Shown here: positions 30,504 to 39,326 of the stretch, in pieces
Layout: the number at the start of each line of letters is the position of its first letter
How positions within the stretch are numbered: position 1 is the stretch's first letter
Source of the DNA: Myxococcota bacterium
Lineage (GTDB): Bacteria; Myxococcota_A; Polyangia; Nannocystales; Nannocystaceae
Assembly: GCA_039028615.1 (NCBI GenBank)
Contig: JBCCHT010000010.1
Location: 160,001-224,000 of the forward strand
DNA: 64,000 bases
Reading direction: 5' to 3'
Program-made: the position numbers and the translations under genes
Notes under the pieces: generated by a model
Database searches by the model: none
Told to the model about the DNA's origin: nothing
Seen by the model: only the letters and a program-made list of their open reading frames with translations

Positions 30504-30719
30504 GAGCCAGAGTGTACGGGATCGACGTCTAGGGGGCCCGTGCTCCAGGTTTAGCCATGATCACGGCTCCAGGAGTCGGCGTGGCACGGTTTTGGGACGG
30601 GGTCGTAAAACGTAGTTTGGTGAAGGTATATGGGCGACTTTAACCTGCAATAACCCTCACGAACTTACAGGTATGAAGATTCTTTACTTCGACTTACCCG
30701 GTGCTAGCTTCCGGCGCTC

Positions 30720-31556
30720 ATGAGACGCCTGCACCGTAGTCTTGCGTGTTCGCTTCTGGCCCTGGGCCTCGGCTGCACCGCGAATTCGAATGCCGCGGGC
30801 ACGGGCTGGGGCGTCGACCTGGCCGACGAGGAGGACTCCGAGGGCGAGGTCATGACCGGCACCGAGGGCGGCGACTCTGCCCCCGCGGGCGAGGATGGCT
30901 CGGGTGCCGGAGATGACGACGGAGGCGACGGTGAGGTCCCCTCGGACGACTCCGCGACCTCGGGTGGCGGCACCGATGACGGCGATCCGGCCGGCACCGA
31001 CGGCGGCTCCGAGGGCGATGAGGGCGGGGCGGTCGAGTGCCCCGCCGACGTCTTCGAGATGCTGTGGTCCGAGGACGCCATGCTCCAGTCGCCCATGACC
31101 TATGGCGTGGCCGAGTCCGCGGTGGGCTCTCCCATGATCGCGCTCTCCGAGGTCGCCGAGGAGGGCACCATCAGCTTCGAGGTCGACATCCCGTGCGGGG
31201 GTGACTACCGCATCTTCGGGCTCGTCTGGGACATCTACCCGGGGGCCTGGTCGCAGGACGACGCCGACTCCTTCCACGTCAGCCTCGGCGGCGGCGACGA
31301 GTTCCGCTGGTCCTATGGCTGCCAAACCGACGGGCAAGAGAACGCGCTGTCGTGGCAGTCGCTGCACTCGGCCGAAGACGACGACTGCACCATCTCGCCC
31401 GTCTCCGTCGAGTTCCCCGAGCCGGGGACCTACGTCATTCGCCTGCGCAACCTCGAGGCGGGCTCGGGCTCCGCAGTGGCCGGCATCGCCGGCCTGGCCG
31501 TCAGCTCCGACTGGGACGCCGACCCGCACGGGCTCTACTCGCCCTACGGACACTAG
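30720..31556 (+). CDS. Hypothetical lipoprotein (acidic linker plus beta-sandwich domain)
   Basis: Lipobox LGLG-C, Gly/Asp linker, GDYRIFGLV...DSFHVSL...GTYVIRLRNLE. Confidence 0.75.
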   Translation: MRRLHRSLACSLLALGLGCTANSNAAGTGWGVDLADEEDSEGEVMTGTEGGDSAPAGEDGSGAGDDDGGDGEVPSDDSATSGGGTDDGDPAGTDGGSEGDEGGAVECPADVFEMLWSEDAMLQSPMTYGVAESAVGSPMIALSEVAEEGTISFEVDIPCGGDYRIFGLVWDIYPGAWSQDDADSFHVSLGGGDEFRWSYGCQTDGQENALSWQSLHSAEDDDCTISPVSVEFPEPGTYVIRLRNLEAGSGSAVAGIAGLAVSSDWDADPHGLYSPYGH

Positions 31557-31643
31557 ACGCGCTCGCGAGCGCTACGAGCCAACCAAAGAACGAGGGCGCT
31601 CCGGCTCGGCCGGTGCGCCCTCGATTCGTTTCGCCCGTGGCGA

Positions 31644-33485
31644 CTAGTTGCAGGGCGGCATGCCCGTGACGGCCGAGACCCAGATCCCGTCCTCGGCGGG
31701 CTCGGGGAACAGCGAGTACAGGCAGTACGGGGTCAGCGTCACCGGATCGCCGATGAGGCCATTGCCGACGTTCCAGCCGAGCACGTCGGCCCGCAGCTCA
31801 CCGTTGGTCGGGTCCCAGTTGAGCGCACCGCTCACGCCCTGGAGGTCGACGGTGTTGCCGGCGGCCAGGATGTTGCGCGCGTCCTGGATGAACACGTTGG
31901 GCGCGTCACCGAAGGAGATTTCGGCGCCCTTCGGATCGTTGAGGGCCGCCATGCCGTTGGCGATGCCGGTTCCGGTGATCTCCTCGCCGGCTGGGATGGT
32001 GACCATGGCGAACATGGCGGCCAACGCTGCGTCGTACGCCAGAGAAGAGCTGGTGAGCGCTTCCTCGTCGTTGAAGTTGATCTGGTAGCGGATGTTGAAC
32101 GCGGTGAAGTTCTCCGCGTCGAAGATGTTCGGCGAGGTGCCTCGCATCTGCGCCTGCAACAGCGGCCACACCATGGCCAGCTCGGGGATGGCCGCCGCGC
32201 TGTTGACGATGTCCTCCATCGTGGGCACCGCACCGTGGGTGACGGTGAACAGGGGGAGCGGCGCGAAGTTGTACAGCTGGCCCCACGCGCTCATGTAGCT
32301 GAGGATCAGCGCCTCGGCCTCGGAGGTGCCGATGATGAGCACGTGCGTGTAGTGGTCATCGGCGCTGTCGTAGTCCATCGCCGACGTGGCGATTCCGGCT
32401 TGGGCGAGCGCCTGACCGAGCACGGTGCCATACGAGGAGAGCAGCTCTTCCTTGCTCCCGAAGGTCTCGGGACCGGGGTAGTTGGCGAAGTAGACCTCGG
32501 CCGGGGCAAGGTCGGTCACCAGGTCGGCCGCGATCTGCTGCTGGAGCTCGTTGCCGTAGGCGTCGTCCTTGTTGAGGACCAGCAGGCGTGCCGGCGCCGG
32601 ATCGTAGTCGGCGGTCAGCCGATCGATGAGGGCGTTACCCTGGAACACGTCGTTGGGCGTGATGCGCCAGACGAGGTTGTTGTCCTCGAAGTTCGACAGC
32701 GACGCCGCGCTGGCGGTGGGGCTAATGACGAACACGTCGGCCGGGACGGTGATGTTCTCGGCGACCTCGCGGACCGACTCGGAGAACACGGGGCCGACGA
32801 TGGCGTTGACGCCGACCGTGTCGACCAGGTGGGTGGCCGCGGCGGAGGCGACCGTGTCGCCGCCGGTCGAGTCACAGCCGACCCAGGCGATCTTCTGGCC
32901 ATCCTGCAGCGAAGCGACGTTGTTGAAGTCGTCGACCGCGAGCTCGAACGCGTTCTCCAGCGGCTGCACGAGCTCGTCGAAGGGAGGACTGGTGGGCATG
33001 ATGGAGCCCAGGAACTCGACGTTGTCGCGGCCATCGTCGGGCCACAGCAGGATGTCGCACTCGGCCGAGAGGATGTTCAGGCAGGTGCCTCCGTCGCCGC
33101 AGCGCTGGTCTTCGTTGCAGTCGGAGTTGACCTCGCACTCGGCACCCTCGGTGGTGGTGGTGGTGTCCTCCGGCTCGATGGTCGTGCTGCTGTCGCCGGG
33201 ATCGGTCGTCGTGACCGGCGTGGGGGTCGTCTCTTCGCCGGCCGTCGGGTCGATGTCGGTGTCGGCCGTGTCGTTGGCGGAGCCGCCCGGCGGCACGCAG
33301 AAGCCATCGACGCAGGTCCCCTGACCGTCGGTGTAGACACACTCACTGTCTGCGCTGCACGGTGCAGTGTCGTCGAGGTTGAGCGCGAGGCTACATGCGG
33401 CACCGAGGGGCAGACCCAGGGTGATGCTCGCGATCGTACGCCGTACCATCGTGCCGGCGAATCTATGTTGGGGTTGTTTGGCCAT
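31644..33485 (-). CDS. Lipoprotein with Cys-rich repeats and a type-1 periplasmic-binding (LivJ/ANF-receptor-like) domain
   Basis: Lipobox LGAA-C; CSADSEC and CEVNSDC repeats; NAIVGPVFS, ISPTASA, WRITPND, DDAYG, YDAA, LQGVSGALNWD. Confidence 0.85.
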   Translation of the reverse strand: MAKQPQHRFAGTMVRRTIASITLGLPLGAACSLALNLDDTAPCSADSECVYTDGQGTCVDGFCVPPGGSANDTADTDIDPTAGEETTPTPVTTTDPGDSSTTIEPEDTTTTTEGAECEVNSDCNEDQRCGDGGTCLNILSAECDILLWPDDGRDNVEFLGSIMPTSPPFDELVQPLENAFELAVDDFNNVASLQDGQKIAWVGCDSTGGDTVASAAATHLVDTVGVNAIVGPVFSESVREVAENITVPADVFVISPTASAASLSNFEDNNLVWRITPNDVFQGNALIDRLTADYDPAPARLLVLNKDDAYGNELQQQIAADLVTDLAPAEVYFANYPGPETFGSKEELLSSYGTVLGQALAQAGIATSAMDYDSADDHYTHVLIIGTSEAEALILSYMSAWGQLYNFAPLPLFTVTHGAVPTMEDIVNSAAAIPELAMVWPLLQAQMRGTSPNIFDAENFTAFNIRYQINFNDEEALTSSSLAYDAALAAMFAMVTIPAGEEITGTGIANGMAALNDPKGAEISFGDAPNVFIQDARNILAAGNTVDLQGVSGALNWDPTNGELRADVLGWNVGNGLIGDPVTLTPYCLYSLFPEPAEDGIWVSAVTGMPPCN

Positions 33486-33587
33486 GACTTCCCTTCAATC
33501 CAAGCACCGCCGGGGGGAGGGCGGTACGCACCGTCCATAGTAGCCTAGCCAGGGCCTTCGTGTTCACGAACTGCCCCAAACGAACGA

Positions 33588-33616
33588 AGGCCGGGCATGC
33601 ATGAAATGCCCGGCCT
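33588..33616 (-). terminator. Hairpin/terminator downstream of the TPR gene
   Basis: AGGCCGGGCAT / ATGCCCGGCCT inverted repeat followed on the minus strand by TCGTTCGTTT. Confidence 0.6.
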
Positions 33617-33670
33617 CTCGCTCGTTGGGTGGGGGCTGGCGCCCCTTGTCGGTGAACGACTTCGTTGGGT

Positions 33671-34543
33671 CTAGAACCGGTGGGTCAGACCCAAGCCGAC
33701 TTGCCTAGGTCCGAGCACAGGGGACCACACGGTTCGACGTGCGACCGCATCGTCGCCACCCTTGTCCTTCTTGCGATCGAGGGTGGTGAGCACCAGCACC
33801 AAGCCGGCGGTGGCGAGAATGCCCCCGGTGATGAACATGGCGTCGGCGACGGTGGCCTGCCGTTGTGCTCGCTCGGCGAGCGCGAGACGGCGATCGACGA
33901 ACTCGTCGGTCTCTGCGTCGTTGGCGGTGCCTTGGGCGACGCCACCGAAGATGGCTCCGACGATCAGCGCGCCGCCACCGACACCGAGCAACGAGTACCC
34001 GGTGATGCGCAGCGTCTTCTTGCGCTTGGCCGCGGCGTCGTCATCCGTTTCTTCGGGTGGCGTGGTTTCTTCCGGGGGGGTCTCCTCGGGGGGGGTCTCC
34101 TCGGGAGGCGTTTCCTCGGTCTTCATTTGCTCGAGAGCCTCACGCAGGACCTTGAGCCGCTCGGTGGCCGTTTGGCGCGACTCGAGGTCGACCCCAGACT
34201 GACCCACGAAGCGCTGGTAGAAGACGACCGCGTTCTCGAGGTCGCCCTTTTCCTCGTACACGCGACCGATGTTGAACAAGTAGTTCGGCTGCGGGTCGAT
34301 GTCGTAGGCCTTCTCGAAGAGTTCGACGGCTTCGTCGTACTCCTTGGCCTGGAACTTCTTGACGGCTTCGCCGCTCAGAGCCTCCGGGTCACCCGCGGGG
34401 GCCGCCGCTTCACCTTCGTCGGGAGCAACCGCCGCGACCGAAGAAGCGGTGGTGGTAGCGGCCAACACGGGCAGGCTGGGTGCGAGCACCAGAGCCAGCG
34501 CGATGGAGGAGCACAACAAAGAGCGAGGGTGATTCCGAGTCAT
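33671..34543 (-). CDS. Secreted TPR protein with Gly-rich hydrophobic hairpin and C-terminal beta-strand ending in Phe
   Basis: Signal peptide; TPR EAVELFEKAY...NYLFNIGRVYEEKGD; PPEET repeats; C-terminus VGLGLTHRF. Confidence 0.85.
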   Translation of the reverse strand: MTRNHPRSLLCSSIALALVLAPSLPVLAATTTASSVAAVAPDEGEAAAPAGDPEALSGEAVKKFQAKEYDEAVELFEKAYDIDPQPNYLFNIGRVYEEKGDLENAVVFYQRFVGQSGVDLESRQTATERLKVLREALEQMKTEETPPEETPPEETPPEETTPPEETDDDAAAKRKKTLRITGYSLLGVGGGALIVGAIFGGVAQGTANDAETDEFVDRRLALAERAQRQATVADAMFITGGILATAGLVLVLTTLDRKKDKGGDDAVARRTVWSPVLGPRQVGLGLTHRF

Positions 34544-34570
34544 GGGGAGCTCGCGTGACTTTAGCGTCAT

Positions 34571-36622
34571 TCAGTCCTTCGTGGGCAAGAATGGGTTGCC
34601 AGAGTCCTGCTTCTTTTCCTCTTTTTTCCCGCCCTCGGTCGGCAGGAAGGGGTTCGATTTCTTTTTCTTGTTGTTGGTGGCAGGAGCCGGATCGGGTTTG
34701 CTCGTGGTTGGCTCCGGTGCCGTGGCGGCGGGCTCTGGATCCTTGGACGAACTACCCTTGCTGCTCTTGCCTCGGGCCTTGAGCGTGAACGAGATCGGAG
34801 GAGCTTCTTTTTCCGTGACGGTGATGGTCTCGTTGAAGGCGTAGTAGCCCCGAGCCATCAGGCGCATGGTGTGCTCGCCGACGGTCAGCTTGCCCTCGAA
34901 CGGCGTCGTTCCGGCCGGATTCCCGTCGATATAGACCTTGGACGCGGGACGGGAACTGATGCTCACCTGTCCAAAAATGATGTCCTCCGCTCCCTCGACG
35001 GTCGGCGTCTCGACGTCGAGTCGGGCCAGCGCTTCTCGGGCCGGCATGTGGGACGGGTCGAGCTCCAGGGCGTCCCGATATGCTTCGATCGCGGCGTCGC
35101 GGAGATCGTCGGATTCGAATTTGGAGCCGGCCGCCATCAGTCGCCCGATGGCGATGCGGTGGTCGGTCCGGTCGACCCGACCGGCCAGCGTGGGCAGGGA
35201 CTTGGTGAGACCACGGACCTCGTCGAGGACTCTGGTGGCACCATCGAAGTCTCCCTCGCCGATGAGCCGGTCGGCTTCGGTCAGCGCCGCTTCCACGACG
35301 GCGGGATCAGGTTCGGCAGGAGCAGGCGTCCCAACTGCGGCCGGTTCGGAGCTCGTGCTGGCGACCTCGTCTTTCTTGTCGTCGCCCATCAGCATCCACA
35401 CCGCCAGGCCGCCGCCGAGCACGGCCAGCAGGGCGCCGGCCAGCATGACCATCGCCGTCCTGCCCGTCTGCGGTTGTGGCGGGTACTGCCCCGTATGGGC
35501 CCCGGTGACCGGGTCGATATGGATGGGGGCACTCACCCCCGTGTCCGCATGGACGAGGGGGCTGCCCGCGGCCCGAATGTTGGGGTCGCTGCCCTGCCCG
35601 AGCGCGGGGTCCATCATGTGCTTGGCACTGGGACTGACCTCGGTGCCGAGCAGCTCCATCATGCCCGTGTTGCCGTGCCCCGGAGGCATGGCGGCCGGGA
35701 TGCCGTGGCGCTGGGTCTCGGCTCGCGGCAAGCGGAACATCGCGGCGGGCACCACGTCGATGAGGCCCTCGACGATCTCGTCGGCGTTGGATGGCCGGTC
35801 CTCGCGGTTCTTCTCGAGCAGCGAGTGGATGAGATTGATGAGGCCCTCGGGGATGTCGTGACCCTCGGGCAAGACCTCGTCGAGACGCCGAGGGGGCTCG
35901 TTGATGGTCTTGTAAAAGACGGTGGCGTTGTTCTCTCCCTCGAAGGGGAGGCGCCCGCTGAGCATGTAGTAGAACAGGACGCCGAGGGCGTAGACGTCGA
36001 CGCGCAGGTCGATGTCATCGCCGCGAATCTGCTCGGGGGACAGGTACCCGACCGTACCCATCACGTGCTCTTCGGTAATCGCCTGTTCGCCCTTGGTGAG
36101 CTTGGCGAGGCCGAAATCGAGGATTTTGACGAAGTTGGCCCGACCCTTGCGCTCGCACAACATGATGTTGGCGGGCTTGATGTCGCGCACCATCATCTCG
36201 CGCGAGTGCGCGTGACCGATGCCCTTGAGGATCTGTGCGGCCACGGGCACGAAGGCCTCGAGCGAGAGGCTGCCGTGGCGGTCGACGAACTCGGAGAGCA
36301 GCTCGCCCCGCAGGTACTCCATCACCAAGTACGCACGACGGCCCTCCTTGCCGTAGTCGTACATCGTGACGATGTTGGGGTGCTTGAGTCCGCTCAGGCG
36401 CTTGGCCTCGCGCTCGAAGCGAGCGAGCGCCTCGTCGTCGTTGGCCCAGTTGGGCGCTAGGACCTTGACCACGACCTCGCGGTTGAGGTCGCGTTGATCC
36501 GCGGTGTAGACGAGGCCGACGCCACCGCGCCCGATGAGCTTCTTGATGGTGTACTTGCCGCCCAGCGGATGACCGATCAGAGGGTCTGCGGGTAGCTCAA
36601 GTGCTTTGCTGGTTTGGCTCAT
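34571..36622 (-). CDS. Transmembrane Ser/Thr protein kinase with periplasmic TPR and PEGA domains
   Basis: IGRGGVGLVY, VVVK, VRDIKPAN, DFG, GTVGYLSPE; TM; PEGA ISSRPASKVYIDG..AGTTP...GEHTMRL; start placed at ATG 36622. Confidence 0.92.
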   Translation of the reverse strand: MSQTSKALELPADPLIGHPLGGKYTIKKLIGRGGVGLVYTADQRDLNREVVVKVLAPNWANDDEALARFEREAKRLSGLKHPNIVTMYDYGKEGRRAYLVMEYLRGELLSEFVDRHGSLSLEAFVPVAAQILKGIGHAHSREMMVRDIKPANIMLCERKGRANFVKILDFGLAKLTKGEQAITEEHVMGTVGYLSPEQIRGDDIDLRVDVYALGVLFYYMLSGRLPFEGENNATVFYKTINEPPRRLDEVLPEGHDIPEGLINLIHSLLEKNREDRPSNADEIVEGLIDVVPAAMFRLPRAETQRHGIPAAMPPGHGNTGMMELLGTEVSPSAKHMMDPALGQGSDPNIRAAGSPLVHADTGVSAPIHIDPVTGAHTGQYPPQPQTGRTAMVMLAGALLAVLGGGLAVWMLMGDDKKDEVASTSSEPAAVGTPAPAEPDPAVVEAALTEADRLIGEGDFDGATRVLDEVRGLTKSLPTLAGRVDRTDHRIAIGRLMAAGSKFESDDLRDAAIEAYRDALELDPSHMPAREALARLDVETPTVEGAEDIIFGQVSISSRPASKVYIDGNPAGTTPFEGKLTVGEHTMRLMARGYYAFNETITVTEKEAPPISFTLKARGKSSKGSSSKDPEPAATAPEPTTSKPDPAPATNNKKKKSNPFLPTEGGKKEEKKQDSGNPFLPTKD

Positions 36623-36877
36623 TGCGACTGGGGAGGGTGCTGGGCGAGGGCGAGTTGTTGGTCTGGTTACAGCACCTTCGCTCGCCGATGCAAGACGAGC
36701 CGCTCGGGCCGGGGAGCGCGAGCGGCCAACGCCACTGGCCGGGCAACCACAATAACACCTCGTGCCAGCGTCTTTGGAACTTGTACCCGTTCCACGAGCC
36801 AAACGATCGAGCATGCGCTCTGGGTGTTTTTGGAGCGAGCACTGTCCCGCGACGTGCGCTGTGGTGGGAGAAGGTGA

Positions 36878-36897
36878 CTTACCGGTCGGTCGGTAAG
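36878..36897. promoter_or_regulatory. Palindromic putative operator
   Basis: CTTACCG-GTCGGT-CGGTAAG between divergent genes. Confidence 0.5.
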
Positions 36898-36992
36898 GCC
36901 GAATCCCGGCTGGCAGTGACAAAAAACGGCAGCTCGTGGTGGACGCGTTCGGCCCTGGGAGTACGCGGTGCGGTGGCAGTAGACTCCAGGTC

Positions 36993-37694
36993 GTGGGCTT
37001 GAAGACCTTGGCCTCGGCGAACCTGGCAGCGGGAATCTGCATCGTCTGTGGGTGCCACCCCCCGACCGTTGCGAACGACGAGAGCCCGACTACGGCGCTG
37101 TCCCCACAGGCCGCCGCAAACGACCCTGAAACCATGTTCCGGGATCTGGAGCAGCGACTGGTCGAGGAGCCGCTTCGACTGCGATTCGACGTGACCGCCG
37201 AAGGCGCGGTCGAGGTCGACATCGAAGGCTCGTTGATCGTCGAAGACGAGGTCGAGCTTCGAGCCAAGGGAACCTTTGCGGGGCAACCCCTCGACCTGCG
37301 GCTTTGGTCAGAAGGAGATCACCTACAGGGCGGACCAGTTGGGAACCCTTCGTTCGAACTTCCGCGACCGATGGCGCTGGCCCCCGCGCTCGTATTGGGC
37401 CTCACGCGCATGGGCGTCCTCCACAACATCGCGATGTTGATGGGTGGGGCGCCGCCCGATCACAGCGGTGGTGGGGTCGAAGCCTGGGTACAGACGGTCG
37501 AGCATCGTTCGCCCGGAGGGTCCGACCCTGGCGTCGAGTTCGGTTTGGTCGTCGACGGGACGCCGTCCGGTTCGGCCACGCTGTGGCTCGACGCGGTGGG
37601 GCAACCCCGACTTCGCGAGCAGCGAGTCGACTTTCCCGAGGGCACGATGATCGTCGTCGAGCGCTACGAAGACCTGGGCGGCGCGGGCGAGTAG
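36993..37694 (+). CDS. Hypothetical lipoprotein
   Basis: Lipobox-like IVCG-C; GC3-biased frame; TAGACT 7 nt before GTG 36993. Confidence 0.7.
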   Translation: MGLKTLASANLAAGICIVCGCHPPTVANDESPTTALSPQAAANDPETMFRDLEQRLVEEPLRLRFDVTAEGAVEVDIEGSLIVEDEVELRAKGTFAGQPLDLRLWSEGDHLQGGPVGNPSFELPRPMALAPALVLGLTRMGVLHNIAMLMGGAPPDHSGGGVEAWVQTVEHRSPGGSDPGVEFGLVVDGTPSGSATLWLDAVGQPRLREQRVDFPEGTMIVVERYEDLGGAGE

Positions 37695-37801
37695 CTCGGT
37701 GGTGGCGGGTGCCCGATGGGAGCACATGGTCCGAATCGGCACCGGGATCTCCCGAGGGTCACGCCGCCGCGCGTCCGAGCGGCCGTCGGCCGCAGACGCG
37801 A

Positions 37802-38428
37802 TCAGCTCTTGGGCTCTTCGAGGTTGGCTCGGATCCCAGCCACCCAGCGGTCGAGGTTGTCGAGCGTGCTGCGAAGCTCCGACTGCGAGTCCGAGATTTC
37901 GCTCATGGCGACTTCGAGCATCTCGCGGGCGCGTCGGAGTCGGCTCTTGACCGTGCCCTGTGGAATCTCCATGACCTCGGCGAGCTCACGGGTGCTCATG
38001 CTCTCCCAGTAGTGGAGCTCGAGCACGATCTGCAGCTCGACCGGGATGCGACGCAGCGCCTGCAGCAGGAGTCGTTGCTCCTTGCGACGGGCCAACGCCG
38101 AGCTGGGCGAGGGACCCAGCGCGGCCACCGAGACCAACGAGGGATCGAAGACCTCGCGGCTGCGGTTGTTCTTGCGGATCCATCGGTATAGCTCGTGGCG
38201 CGCGACCACGAACAAGTACGCCCGGAAGCCACACTCCTTGCGGAACGAGTCGCGGCCTCGCACGCACGCCATCATCGTGGCTTGGATGAGGTCGTCGGCG
38301 TGGTCCGCCACCTTGTTGGTGAAGAAGCGGTACAGCGCATCGAAGTGGCGCTTGAGCAACTGGTTGCCCGCTCCCAGATCGCCTCGTCGCCAGCGGTCGA
38401 GCAGCTCGAAGTCGTCCACTGGCCCCAT
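37802..38428 (-). CDS. ECF sigma-70 factor (paralogue of 59081-59704)
   Basis: ELLDRWRRGD, DDLIQ, FRAYLF, ELHYWE...GTVKSRLRRAR; start may be GTG 38419. Confidence 0.92.
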   Translation of the reverse strand: MGPVDDFELLDRWRRGDLGAGNQLLKRHFDALYRFFTNKVADHADDLIQATMMACVRGRDSFRKECGFRAYLFVVARHELYRWIRKNNRSREVFDPSLVSVAALGPSPSSALARRKEQRLLLQALRRIPVELQIVLELHYWESMSTRELAEVMEIPQGTVKSRLRRAREMLEVAMSEISDSQSELRSTLDNLDRWVAGIRANLEEPKS

Positions 38429-38497
38429 GGTAACACCCGCCAACGGGCTCGCTGCCCGCGCTTGTGATGTCCTGCCGAGGGGGGGATGCTATGGGGG

Positions 38498-38752
38498 ATG
38501 TTGATCGTCTTCGAGGCCCACCTGACCCCCTCCCGTTCCGACGACGCGATCCTCAGCGACGAGGTCTTGGCCGAGACGCAGGCTCAGGTGATGACCCCGG
38601 CCGAGGCGCGGGCGATCGGCTTCGAGGGGGTCCCGGACGACCCGAATCTGCGCCTGATCGCGGTCGCGCCCCGCGACAAGGGCTGGATCGAAAAAGCGCT
38701 CGATCGCTCGCCGAGCGTCACCGGCTTTCGAATTCACGAAGTCGACATGTAG
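38498..38752 (+). CDS. Small hypothetical protein (84 aa)
   Basis: Protein-like composition and GC3 bias; no motif recognised. Confidence 0.65.
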   Translation: MLIVFEAHLTPSRSDDAILSDEVLAETQAQVMTPAEARAIGFEGVPDDPNLRLIAVAPRDKGWIEKALDRSPSVTGFRIHEVDM

Positions 38753-38765
38753 CGGCCGATTCGTT

Positions 38766-39248
38766 TCAGGGGGCGTGGTCCGGATTCTCCAGCACGGCGA
38801 GCAGTTCCAGCAGACTGCCGTGCAGACTTCGCATTCGTGACTTGCCCAGTTGGGCCTCGAGCTGGGCCTCGACCTCGCGGAGCACGGCGAGACCTTGCAG
38901 GACCGAGCGCGGGCCTTCGCGGATGAAGCGAATGCGCTTGGCTCGACCGTCCTCGGGATCGGGGCTGCGCTCGACCACACCCATCTGCTCGAGCTCTCCC
39001 ACCAGCTGCCCCGCCGCTTGCTTGGTGATGCCCACGCGGCGGGCCAGATCGGTCAGCCGCGTGCCCTCGAGATCGATGTGGGGGAACAAGGCGGTATGCG
39101 ACGCTCGCAGCGGTACCCCCAGGTGCTCGCGGACCAGCGCCAGGCCGCGCTCGTTCACCAGCCGCGCGCATCGCATCAGCAGCTGCGCCATGCTGGCTCG
39201 CTTCTCGGCCTCGAAGCGGGCGGCGAATTGTTCGGGAGGGGAGCTCAT
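38766..39248 (-). CDS. MarR family transcriptional regulator
   Basis: LTDLARRVGITKQAAGQLVGELEQMGVVERSPDPEDGRAKRI winged HTH. Confidence 0.93.
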   Translation of the reverse strand: MSSPPEQFAARFEAEKRASMAQLLMRCARLVNERGLALVREHLGVPLRASHTALFPHIDLEGTRLTDLARRVGITKQAAGQLVGELEQMGVVERSPDPEDGRAKRIRFIREGPRSVLQGLAVLREVEAQLEAQLGKSRMRSLHGSLLELLAVLENPDHAP

Positions 39249-39281
39249 GAAGCGGGTCGGAACCGGGGGGTTGGAATGTTG

Positions 39282-39319
39282 GTCAAGTATACTTGACTAT
39301 TTCGTCAGGTGTGATTGAC
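39282..39319. promoter_or_regulatory. Tandem palindromic operators (likely MarR boxes)
   Basis: Perfect palindrome GTCAAGTATACTTGAC (39282-39297) and imperfect copy GTCAGGTGTGATTGAC (39304-39319). Confidence 0.75.
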
Positions 39320-39326
39320 TATCTCC

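Noticed and set aside
30582..30597. Sigma54-like TGGCACG element (also at about 36755-36768 on the minus strand)
   Set aside because: No GC at the -12 position with the required spacing
30504..30719. AT-richer stretch suggesting foreign DNA
   Set aside because: Short divergent promoter region; no mobility genes, target duplications or codon shift in the flanking genes
36776..36803. SigmaE-like GGAACTT-N16-CCAAA
   Set aside because: Imperfect -10, about 190 bp from the next gene, which has its own closer -10; equally explained as a short inverted repeat
34571..37267. Extended N-termini in the ORF track (e.g. 898-aa kinase, 632-aa epoxidase, 433-aa PP2C, 573-aa ORF at 52089)
   Set aside because: The extensions overlap other real genes and look like off-frame sequence; starts were trimmed to motif- or RBS-supported codons
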